Positions 1 through 8,333 of a DNA stretch of 64,000 bases are shown piece after piece. Made by a program: the position numbers and the translations under genes. The stretch's first letter is position 1. The number at the start of each line of letters is the position of its first letter. Source of the stretch: Chloroflexota bacterium (lineage in GTDB: Bacteria; Chloroflexota; Dehalococcoidia; Bin125); NCBI GenBank assembly GCA_026707145.1, contig JAPOXK010000003.1, positions 14,713 to 78,712 of the forward strand, written 5' to 3'. The notes under the pieces were generated by a model. The model saw only the letters and a list, made by a program, of their open reading frames with translations. It was not told the origin of the DNA and made no database searches.

Positions 1-869
1 CCGAACGTGTCACGCACGCGCTCGCCAGCCAGGCGCATCAGGGCGTGCACTTCGGTGGCCCGGGCGGATCCCTGGTTGATAATCCAGTTGGTGTGTTTCT
101 CGCTGATGACGGCGTCCCCAATCCGATGGCCGCGCAGCCCCACTTTGTCGATGAGCCACCATGCGGGATGTGATGAGGGATTTTTGAAGATCGAGCCGGC
201 GTTGCGGCCGCGAGGCTGCGTACGCTTTCGCTTCGCTTCGAGTTGCTCAATGCGCGCGCGCGCCGCATCGCGGTTGCCCTCTTCCAGACGGAACTCGACG
301 CCGAGAATGACGCGCTCGACCAGCAGTCCCCGCGTGAATGCGCTCGATCGATACGCCAAGCCGAGCTCTTCGGCGAAGATCGTCGTCTCGCGACCGTCGG
401 GATCGAGCACGTCAATGCGGGTTAGCACGTCCGCCAAGCACCCGCCGTAGGCGCCGGCGTTGTATACGACTGCGCCGCCGAGACTGCCGGGGATGCCGGC
501 AGCCCACTCCAGGCCAGTGAGCGACTGGTCGGCCGTAGTGCGTGCGAGCTTGGCAAGCGAGGCGCCCGATTCGGCATCGAGCCGGATCTCAGAGCCGACG
601 ATCCGTGCTTCGGCGACGGTGGTCGCGCGGTTCTCGATAACGACGCCCCGGATCCCACCGTCGCCTACGACGAGATTGGAGCCGGAGCCCAGCACGAAGA
701 CCGGCACGGTGGCGGCGCGGGCGGTGCGTGTGAGATCCCTTAGCTGCGCGCCAGTCGTAGCGATGGCGTAAAAGTCCGTGGGCCCACCGATACCGAACGT
801 GGTGTGCCGCGCCATCGGCTCATCGGCGTGGACCTCCGCGATCGCTTCAAGTTGCTGGCGCAGCGTCAT
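1..869 (-). CDS. murB: UDP-N-acetylenolpyruvoylglucosamine reductase MurB (3' end beyond window start)
   Basis: Absent from the ORF track because it has no stop in the window. My manual minus-strand translation from ATG 869-867 gives MTLRQQLEAIAEVHADEPMARHTTFGIGGPTDFYA...VFVLGSGSNLVVGDGGIRGVVIEN...GLEWAAGIPGSLGGAVVYNAGAYGG...RNAGSIFKNP...HTNWIINQGSA and stays open to position 1. ATGA overlap with the murC stop. Confidence 0.85.
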   Translation of the reverse strand, partial: MTLRQQLEAIAEVHADEPMARHTTFGIGGPTDFYAIATTGAQLRDLTRTARAATVPVFVLGSGSNLVVGDGGIRGVVIENRATTVAEARIVGSEIRLDAESGASLAKLARTTADQSLTGLEWAAGIPGSLGGAVVYNAGAYGGCLADVLTRIDVLDPDGRETTIFAEELGLAYRSSAFTRGLLVERVILGVEFRLEEGNRDAARARIEQLEAKRKRTQPRGRNAGSIFKNPSSHPAWWLIDKVGLRGHRIGDAVISEKHTNWIINQGSARATEVHALMRLAGERVRDTF

Positions 870-2242
870 CGTTGGTGCAGCCGTTCCAGGATGGGTAGGC
901 CAGCTGTATCTACGTCCCCGGCGCCCATCGTGAAACAGACGTCGCCGGACCGCAGCGCGGTGCAGACAGCCGTCGCAGCGGCATTGAGGTCGCCCGTGTA
1001 TCGCGCTACAGGCGCGGCGATCGATCGGGCCAACGCTTCCGCGTCTAGGCCAGCGCTTGCCTCCTCGCGGGCAGCGTAGGTGTCCGTGAAAAAGAGGAGA
1101 TCGACCCCCTCGAAGCAACGCGCAAAGCTCGCTTGCAGGTAAGCGGAGCGACTGTAGGTGTGGGGCTGGAACAGGACCACGAGCCGTCGGTTGGGGAAGC
1201 GCCGCCGCGCTGCTTGTACGGTTGCCGCGATCTCCGACGGATGGTGCGCGTAGTCGTCTATCAAGATGACCCCGGCCGCTTCTCCGATCTGTTCGAAGCG
1301 GCGACGGACGCCACGGAATGCTGCGAGCGCTCGCTGCGAGGCTTCGAAGGGTGCGCTGCTGTGGAGGCTCGCGGCCGTGGCAGCGAGGGCGTTCCGCACG
1401 TTGAAGAGACCGGGGACTGTCAGTGCGATCGTCCCGAGCGCAGTATTTTCGCGGTGCACGGCAAAGCATGAAGCGCTGGCGCTTTCGTGCACGTCGACCA
1501 CACGCCACGTCGCGTCGGCGTTCGTGCCGAAGGTCTCGACGGTGATGTCGGGCCGCTCTGCTGCGAGCTGTTGGGCAACGGTCACGGCTGTGGGGCTGTC
1601 CGCCCCAACGATGAGCGTGCCCTGCTGCGCAATCGTACGCCCGTATCCGACGAATGCCTCTTGGAGCGCCGCTTCGTCTCGGTAGTAGTCCAAATGATCC
1701 CGGTCGACGTTGGTCAAGACCGCGATCGTTGGTGTGTACTCGTGGAAGGCATGGGCATACTCATCGGCCTCGACGACGGCCTGTGATCCGCGGCCGCGCG
1801 CGGCTTGACTGGCGAGCCCGGCGTACTCCCCGCCGAGGATGTAGGTCGGGTCCAGGCCGGCTTCGCGCAGGATGAGGGTCAGCATAGTGGCGGTGGTGGT
1901 CTTGCCATGGGTGCCCGCCACCGTCAGGGTCGAGCAGTCCTGCGCGATGCGGTTTACCATCTGCGCCCGCGTCAGCAGTTCGGTTCCGGCCGCGCGCGCC
2001 GCGGCAACTTCAGCGTTCTCATCCTTTACGGCGGCTGTGCGGATGACCAGGTCGGCGCCGCCGACGTTGGCCGCCGCGTGCCCGATGGTGACCGTGGCGC
2101 CGCGGGCGGCAAGCTCGTCGGTGAGGTGGTTGGCGGCTAGATCGGAGCCACTGACGGTCCAACCTTCATCCAGGAGAATGCGCGCCAGCCCGCTCATGTG
2201 TATGCCGCCGATGCCGATGAAGTGTGCGGTCGGGGCGCTCAC
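866..2242 (-). CDS. murC: UDP-N-acetylmuramate--L-alanine ligase MurC
   Basis: 458-aa ORF. N-terminus AHFIGIGGIHMSGLARILL and Mur-ligase P-loop AGTHGKTTT. Sits in the dcw cluster with 4-nt overlaps on both neighbours. Confidence 0.9.
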   Translation of the reverse strand: MSAPTAHFIGIGGIHMSGLARILLDEGWTVSGSDLAANHLTDELAARGATVTIGHAAANVGGADLVIRTAAVKDENAEVAAARAAGTELLTRAQMVNRIAQDCSTLTVAGTHGKTTTATMLTLILREAGLDPTYILGGEYAGLASQAARGRGSQAVVEADEYAHAFHEYTPTIAVLTNVDRDHLDYYRDEAALQEAFVGYGRTIAQQGTLIVGADSPTAVTVAQQLAAERPDITVETFGTNADATWRVVDVHESASASCFAVHRENTALGTIALTVPGLFNVRNALAATAASLHSSAPFEASQRALAAFRGVRRRFEQIGEAAGVILIDDYAHHPSEIAATVQAARRRFPNRRLVVLFQPHTYSRSAYLQASFARCFEGVDLLFFTDTYAAREEASAGLDAEALARSIAAPVARYTGDLNAAATAVCTALRSGDVCFTMGAGDVDTAGLPILERLHQR

Positions 2243-3330
2243 CGTCGGGCCTCCCAGAGCAATTCGGCGATCCGTTCCGCTGCGTCGGATCGTGCGCGAT
2301 CGTGTGCCGCTTGTCGCATGGCGGTGAGGCGTTCTTCGTCTTGCAGGATGGAGAGGGTGGTGGGGAGAAGTTCCGTTGCGACGTTTGCGTCGTCCAGAAC
2401 GATCGCCGCGCCCGCATCCTCCAGGATCGCGGCGTTGCGACGCTGGTGGGCGCCAGCTTCCGGGAGCGGCACCAATACGGCCGGCAACCCGGCTGCGGGG
2501 AATTCCCCCAACACCGACGCGCCGGAGCGGGCGATGGCAAGGTCGGCCGCGACCATGGCCGCAGGAAGATCATCGCCAAGGTAGCCAAAGACGTGGTAGC
2601 GCGTGCGCAAAGTCGCCGGGAGTGCGTCGCGGCGCGCGCGCAGGCGCGCCTCGTCACGCGGGCCGGTCACGTGGATCACGTGGGCGGCTTCCAAGACCTT
2701 GTCGAGTTGCGCGCTGATGGCGTCATTGATGGTGCGCGATCCTTGAACGGCAGCCGTAACCAAGAGGGTGGGCGAGCCGTTCAGTTGGAAACGTGCGCGG
2801 GCCATGGGGCGGTCTAACTCTCGGAAGACGGCGCGAAGAGGATAACCTGTGGCGACCGTCTTCCGGACGGGCAAGGCGTCGATGGAGGCGGAGTGGGTGA
2901 CGCAGATGGTGGTGGCGACACGCGCTAGAACCCGCACGGCCCAACCAGGCTCGATATCTGGGAGGAAGACGACGAGCGGGCATTGTAAGAGCCAGGCGGC
3001 AACCCCCACCGGGATACTGACGTAACCACCCGTAACGAAGACGACATCGGGGCGGAAACGGCGCAAGACAAGGAGTGCCTGCGCGACGCCATACGCGAGC
3101 ACCAGCGCCGACCAGACCTGACTGAATACGTGCCGGCCGCGGAGCGCCCGTGCGGATATGGCGGCGAACGGGACCCCGGCATCGGCGGCGATCGCGGCTT
3201 CGACGCCTGCAACGCGTCCCAGGTATACGAGCTCAAGTTCCTCGCGCAACAGGCTCCGCAGTGCTCCCGCCACCGCGAGACCCGGGAAGATGTGGCCGCC
3301 ACTGCCGCCGCCGCCGATCACGAGCCTCAT
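2239..3330 (-). CDS. murG: Lipid II synthase MurG (UDP-GlcNAc transferase)
   Basis: 363-aa ORF starting MRLVIGGGGSGGHIFPGLAV (MurG G-loop). Lies between ftsW and murC. Confidence 0.9.
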   Translation of the reverse strand: MRLVIGGGGSGGHIFPGLAVAGALRSLLREELELVYLGRVAGVEAAIAADAGVPFAAISARALRGRHVFSQVWSALVLAYGVAQALLVLRRFRPDVVFVTGGYVSIPVGVAAWLLQCPLVVFLPDIEPGWAVRVLARVATTICVTHSASIDALPVRKTVATGYPLRAVFRELDRPMARARFQLNGSPTLLVTAAVQGSRTINDAISAQLDKVLEAAHVIHVTGPRDEARLRARRDALPATLRTRYHVFGYLGDDLPAAMVAADLAIARSGASVLGEFPAAGLPAVLVPLPEAGAHQRRNAAILEDAGAAIVLDDANVATELLPTTLSILQDEERLTAMRQAAHDRARSDAAERIAELLWEARR

Positions 3331-4553
3331 CGTGAGCGCTCCAAGCTTGTGCGTTTCTGGTTCGCTTGGCGGCGCTGAAGCCAGGCAGGGCCTTCATCCT
3401 GCCGGGCAAAGCGCGAAATGCTGACCAGCACGCCCGCCGCCGCCAGCGTCGCGATCAGCGCCGAGCTGCCGAAAGAGATGAACGGCAGAGGGATTCCTGT
3501 GAGGGGAATGGTGCGCGTGACGCCACCGATGTTGAAGAAGGCTTGCACGACGATCCAAGCCACAATGCCCGTCGCAAGCAGCATCCCAAAGGGGTCACTG
3601 GTACGCGCCGCGATGCGCGCGCCGCGATAGACCAGGAAACCGACCAAGCCTATGACCAGCAGCGCGCCGACGAACCCGGCTTCTTCCCCGATGATGGCGA
3701 AGACGCCGTCCGTGTGCGCGGATGGGACGTAGAGGAACTTTTGCCGGCTTTCGCCGATACCGACGCCGGTTGGCCCGCCGCTGCCCAGTGCGATGAGAAG
3801 TTGCAGCGTCTGAAAGCCCGACGCTTGTGGATCGGATTCGGCGGCCACGAATGACGTGAACCGCTCGAGGCCGTAGCCGGCGATCGCGATGATCCCAAAC
3901 AGGACCCCGCCACCGACGGCAGTCAAGGCCAGAATATGGCGCAAGGCCGCGCCGGCGATGAAGAACATCGCTCCGGCGATTATCACGATGACCAACGCGG
4001 TGCCTAAGTCTGGCTCCGCCATGATGAGGAATCCAAAGAAGCCAACCATTACGGCAAAGGGAACGACGCCGAGGGTGACGTGCCGGATCGCGGGCCCGCG
4101 CGAAGCTAGCCAGGCTGCTACATAGATCGCTACAGCGAGCTTTGCGAATTCGGACGGCTGTACGGGTGGCAGAGAGCCAATCTGCATCCAGCGGCGCGCG
4201 CCGTTCTGCTCGACGCCGATCCCGGGCATCAGGACGGCGACCAGTCCGACGATCGCGATGAGCAGGATGATGGGGCTCCACGTGCGGAGCCGCCGGTAGT
4301 CGAGGCGGGCAAGGGCGACAAACGCAAGCAGGCCCACCACGGCGCCCGCGAGCTGCCGAATGGCGAAGTAGCGTGGGTCACCGAACAACTGCTGCCCCAC
4401 GGCGACCGACGCGCTGAAGACGAATACCAGACCGATCACGGTGAGCGCGATCACGGCGCCGATGAGCAACCAGTCTGGCGAGTTGGCGTCGCGCTGTCCG
4501 GCCTCGCTCGCGAAGCGGGCTTGCCGAACGGCCAGGTTCGCCTGTGTCATCAT
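3327..4553 (-). CDS. ftsW: SEDS-family cell division protein FtsW (peptidoglycan polymerase)
   Basis: 408-aa polytopic membrane ORF with SEDS-like segments (QPSEFAKLAVAIY, LEPDLGTALV, SAHTDGVFAIIGEE). Classical position between murD and murG. Confidence 0.85.
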   Translation of the reverse strand: MMTQANLAVRQARFASEAGQRDANSPDWLLIGAVIALTVIGLVFVFSASVAVGQQLFGDPRYFAIRQLAGAVVGLLAFVALARLDYRRLRTWSPIILLIAIVGLVAVLMPGIGVEQNGARRWMQIGSLPPVQPSEFAKLAVAIYVAAWLASRGPAIRHVTLGVVPFAVMVGFFGFLIMAEPDLGTALVIVIIAGAMFFIAGAALRHILALTAVGGGVLFGIIAIAGYGLERFTSFVAAESDPQASGFQTLQLLIALGSGGPTGVGIGESRQKFLYVPSAHTDGVFAIIGEEAGFVGALLVIGLVGFLVYRGARIAARTSDPFGMLLATGIVAWIVVQAFFNIGGVTRTIPLTGIPLPFISFGSSALIATLAAAGVLVSISRFARQDEGPAWLQRRQANQKRTSLERSR

Positions 4554-5962
4554 CGTCGTCTCGCGTGTTCCACTTCCAGCGTGCGCACGAGGTCCATGAA
4601 GTGCCGTCCGCGCGCTGCGAAGTTGGGATACGCATCGAACGATGCGCCCGCAGGCGAGAGCAAGACGACATCGCCCGGCTGGGCGAGCTCGTACGCCGCA
4701 CGCACGGCTTCCGGCAAGGTCCCGACGACGCGAGTCACGGGGGGGTCTGTATCCGCCGCTAGCGGCGCAAGGAAGTCTGCCCCTGCCTCCCCGAAGCCGA
4801 TCACCGCGCGCGTGCGGCTGCGCGCTTCCGCCGCCAGTGCATCGAGCGGAAGCTGCTTGTCGCGGCCGCCCAGCAGCAGCACGATCGGCGCCTTGAAGGA
4901 ACGCAGCGCGGCGAGCGTGCGTTCGGGGGTGGTGGCGATGGAGTCGTTGACGTAGAGGACGGCGTCGATCGTCGCGATCTCCTCCAAGCGCTGGGGGACG
5001 CCCCGGAAAGCGGCAATGACGGATGCGGCCGCATCGAGCGGCGCCCCCCAGGCACCGACGATGGCGACGGCGGCGAGGACGTTCTGGACGTTATGGGCGC
5101 CGCGGAGCGCGATGGCCGAGACGGGAGCGATCTCCCGTACGTGGGAACCATCGCGCCAGACGATCCGGCCGCCTTCGACGAAGGCGCCGCGCTTACCGCC
5201 GCCCGTTCCGAACTCGTAGCGCTGGGCGGGGGTGTCCTGCGCCAGTGCCGCCGCTGCCGCGTTGTCGGTCGGGAGCACAACGATGTCATCCGGAGTCTGG
5301 TGACGCACGAGCTTGCGCTTGAGGTCTACGTAGTCCGTCCAACCGAACTGATCGAGATGGTTGGGCGCGATGTTCAGCACGGCCGCGAGGTGCGGACTGC
5401 GGTCGGTCCGGAGGAGCTGCGTATGGCTGATCTCTAGAACAACCACGGTGTCGCGATCGATCGAGGGGAGCTGTTCCAAGACGCCCGCGCCGATGTTACC
5501 GCCCGCGATGGCCGTCATGCCCGCTGCCTGCAAGATCCGATGAACTAGGGTTGTCGTGGTGGTCTTCCCGGCACTTCCCGTGATGCCGATCACCGGTGCG
5601 GGACAGCGCTGCAAGAACAAGCGCATCGTTGCGCTGATGGGCAGGCCTTGCGTGTGAGCGGACGCGACGAGGGGATGGCTGTCCAAGATTCCTTGACTCA
5701 CGAAAAGGGCGTCGAGATGCTGCGCGGCCAGCGCTTCGGGCGTGTCCGGCAGTAGTTCGATCTGATCATCGGCGAGCGTGGCTTGCTCGTCCTGCAGTTC
5801 GTCGAACGCCCGCCGCTCAAAGACGGTGATCACGGCGGCGCCCTCGCTCTTCAGGAAACGCACGGCGTCTTGGCCTTCAATCCCGAGTCCCAGGACCCCC
5901 ACGCGCAGACCCGCGAAGTTTGTGGGCTCAGTGCACGGTCGCTCGGCGTTCCCGATACGCAT
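4550..5962 (-). CDS. murD: UDP-N-acetylmuramoylalanine--D-glutamate ligase MurD
   Basis: 470-aa ORF. Rossmann-like N-terminus VGVLGLGIEGQDAVRFL, Mur-ligase P-loop GITGSAGKTTTTTL. Lies between mraY and ftsW. Confidence 0.9.
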   Translation of the reverse strand: MRIGNAERPCTEPTNFAGLRVGVLGLGIEGQDAVRFLKSEGAAVITVFERRAFDELQDEQATLADDQIELLPDTPEALAAQHLDALFVSQGILDSHPLVASAHTQGLPISATMRLFLQRCPAPVIGITGSAGKTTTTTLVHRILQAAGMTAIAGGNIGAGVLEQLPSIDRDTVVVLEISHTQLLRTDRSPHLAAVLNIAPNHLDQFGWTDYVDLKRKLVRHQTPDDIVVLPTDNAAAAALAQDTPAQRYEFGTGGGKRGAFVEGGRIVWRDGSHVREIAPVSAIALRGAHNVQNVLAAVAIVGAWGAPLDAAASVIAAFRGVPQRLEEIATIDAVLYVNDSIATTPERTLAALRSFKAPIVLLLGGRDKQLPLDALAAEARSRTRAVIGFGEAGADFLAPLAADTDPPVTRVVGTLPEAVRAAYELAQPGDVVLLSPAGASFDAYPNFAARGRHFMDLVRTLEVEHARRR

Positions 5963-5966
5963 CTGT

Positions 5967-6929
5967 TCATACCTGCAAGGCCAAGGCGATGCCTAATACG
6001 GCCCCGGCCATTCCGATGATCCAAAAACGAGTGACGATCTGCGGCTCCGACCAGCCCAGCAGCTCGAAATGATTGTGGATCGGTGCCATGCGGAATACCC
6101 GCTTGCCGCCGCTCCACTTGAAGTACCCGATTTGAATGATGTCGCTCAGTGCTTCGATCACAAAGACGATGCCGATCACAGGCAGGAGCAGCCAATGGCC
6201 TGTCATAAGCGCGACAAGGGCGAGCGCGCCGCCGAGCGCGAGCGCGCCGGTATCTCCCATGAAGATTTTCGCGGGGTGGGCGTTGTACCAAAGGAACCCG
6301 GCCAGCGCGCCAAGGGTCGTAAAGCAGAAGCGCACGAGGAAATCCTGCTCCTGCGCGACGGCGATCACGCCGAACGCGGCGAACGCGATAGCCAAAGTGC
6401 CCCCGGTCAGCGAGTCCAGACCGTCGCTGATGGCGACTGATGTCGTGGTGGCGAGGATGGTGAGGGCCGCGATGGCGATGTAGACGGGGCCCACGGCAAA
6501 GCTGCCGGCCCAAGGGATGTTCACGTTTTGGACATCCAGTGCGTAGAAGAGCACGAAGGCCGCCGACAGGCTGAACGTGGTCAACAGCGCGACCTTGACT
6601 CTCCAGCTCAGTACGCGCTGGATCCGGCCGACGATCGTGCCGAGATCGTCGAAGAGGCCGATCAAGCCGAGCACGACGATGCCAACCAATGGCAACAGGA
6701 TCGACTCGCGCCCAACCACGTTCGTCGCGAGCGTGACGATAGCGACACTGGCGAAGATCATGAGGCCGCCCATGGTTGGGGTGCCTTCCTTCACGCGGTG
6801 GGTCTGCGGCCCTTCTAAGCTGATCGCCTTTCCGAGCTGGCGCGCCTTGAGCCATTGAATCAATGGGTAGCCGATGGCGATCGCGAGAAAGAACGCCGCA
6901 CCCGTCGTGGCCAGTGAGATGGTGGTCAT
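5967..6929 (-). CDS. mraY: Phospho-N-acetylmuramoyl-pentapeptide transferase MraY
   Basis: 320-aa membrane ORF with MraY motifs KEGTPTMGG, GLFDDL, SDGLDSL, MGDTGALALGG, APIHNHFE. Confidence 0.92.
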   Translation of the reverse strand: MTTISLATTGAAFFLAIAIGYPLIQWLKARQLGKAISLEGPQTHRVKEGTPTMGGLMIFASVAIVTLATNVVGRESILLPLVGIVVLGLIGLFDDLGTIVGRIQRVLSWRVKVALLTTFSLSAAFVLFYALDVQNVNIPWAGSFAVGPVYIAIAALTILATTTSVAISDGLDSLTGGTLAIAFAAFGVIAVAQEQDFLVRFCFTTLGALAGFLWYNAHPAKIFMGDTGALALGGALALVALMTGHWLLLPVIGIVFVIEALSDIIQIGYFKWSGGKRVFRMAPIHNHFELLGWSEPQIVTRFWIIGMAGAVLGIALALQV

Positions 6930-8308
6930 GGCGTAATCAACGCCTCAACGACTGTTTCGAGCTCTTGGGCATGCGAGGCTTTGATCAGGACGATGTCGTC
7001 CGCGCCCAACTCCTGACGCAGGAGTTGGGTCGCTGGCTCCTTGTCTTCGAACCACTGGATCTGCCGGTGGCCAGCATCCCAGGCGGCATCGGCGGTGATT
7101 TTGCCTAGCTCGCCAATGGCGACAAGGCGGTCGCAGCGTCCGACCGCGTACACGCCCACCGCGCGGTGGCCGGCCGTCTCTTCGCTTCCGAGCTCCAGCA
7201 TGTCCCCCAGTACCGCGATGCGCCGTCCGGGCAGTTCGGCCAAGAGATCCAATGCTGCCTGCATGGATAGGGGGGCCGCGTTGTAGGTGTCGTCCAAGAT
7301 GAGCGCACCGGAGTAAGAGCGGCGCGGCTTCAGGCGCTGGCCGGCGTGGAGCATTGACAGGGCCTCGGCAGTCTCGGCTAGGGTCCACCCGGTGCCGAGT
7401 CCGACTGCGGCGGCGGCGAGCGCCGTCATGACATGGTGGACTCCGACGAGCGGGGTACGTACGGCTACGGACTGGCCTTCAAAGGTCAGGGTGAAGCTAA
7501 TGCCGTCGAGACCCTGCGAGGCTGCATCGGTCGCGCGGACGTCAGCCGGCGCCGTGCGCCCAAAAGTAAGAACGCGGGCAGCGGTCCGGTTGCGCATGCG
7601 CAGCGTGCGGGGATCGTCCGCGTTAAGGACTGCCAAGCCGTCGGCGGGCAGTGAAGCGGGCAGGAGGCCTTTGGCTTCCTCGATCGCTTCGATCGAACCG
7701 AAGCGTTCGAGGTGTGTCGGTCCGACGTTCGTGACGATGCCGATCTCCGGCTGCGCGATTTCGCAGAGCAGCGAGATCTCGCGGAGATCGTAAGGTCCCA
7801 TTTCGAGCACTGCCCAGGTGTGCTGCGGCTCGAGTCGCAGGAGAGAGAGGGGTAGACCGATCTCGCTGTTGTAGTTGAAGGGGCTTTCCAGGGTGGGCGC
7901 GCGCCGGGCGAGCACCTGGGCGATCGCTTCCCGCGTTGTGGTCTTCCCTACGCTTCCCGTGAGTCCTACAACGCGCACCGCATGCTGCTCCCGCCACTGT
8001 TTGGCTGCTGCCTGGAGGGCGGAGAGCGGGTCCTTGACTTGGAAAAGCGTCACATCGTCGCGGCGATCCGACCCGGGGAGGGCGTCCGCAACGAAGCGGC
8101 AGAGCAAGCCGGCGGCGCCTCGGTCCATCGCGTCGCCTAAGAAATGGTGTCCGTCCGTGTGCTCTCCGCGCAGAGCGATAAAGAGCGCACCAGGGCGTAC
8201 GCGACGCGAGTCCACGATCGCGTCACAGAAAGGAGTTCGCGAGTAGTCGTTACGGGGGTTCAGGAGCAACGGCCCCAACAACGACGCCAACTGCTGTGGA
8301 CTGATCAC
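6926..8308 (-). CDS. murF: UDP-MurNAc-tripeptide--D-Ala-D-Ala ligase MurF
   Basis: The ORF track extends to 8443, but that extension is Arg/Pro-rich junk overlapping ftsI. GTG at 8308 is preceded by AGGAGG (revcomp of 8312-8317). Product begins VISPQQLASLL..., has P-loop GLTGSVGKTTT and the MurF-type NYNSEIGLPLSLL motif. Confidence 0.88.
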   Translation of the reverse strand: MISPQQLASLLGPLLLNPRNDYSRTPFCDAIVDSRRVRPGALFIALRGEHTDGHHFLGDAMDRGAAGLLCRFVADALPGSDRRDDVTLFQVKDPLSALQAAAKQWREQHAVRVVGLTGSVGKTTTREAIAQVLARRAPTLESPFNYNSEIGLPLSLLRLEPQHTWAVLEMGPYDLREISLLCEIAQPEIGIVTNVGPTHLERFGSIEAIEEAKGLLPASLPADGLAVLNADDPRTLRMRNRTAARVLTFGRTAPADVRATDAASQGLDGISFTLTFEGQSVAVRTPLVGVHHVMTALAAAAVGLGTGWTLAETAEALSMLHAGQRLKPRRSYSGALILDDTYNAAPLSMQAALDLLAELPGRRIAVLGDMLELGSEETAGHRAVGVYAVGRCDRLVAIGELGKITADAAWDAGHRQIQWFEDKEPATQLLRQELGADDIVLIKASHAQELETVVEALITP

Positions 8309-8333
8309 GCTGCCTCCTGTCGCTGTACAGGCC

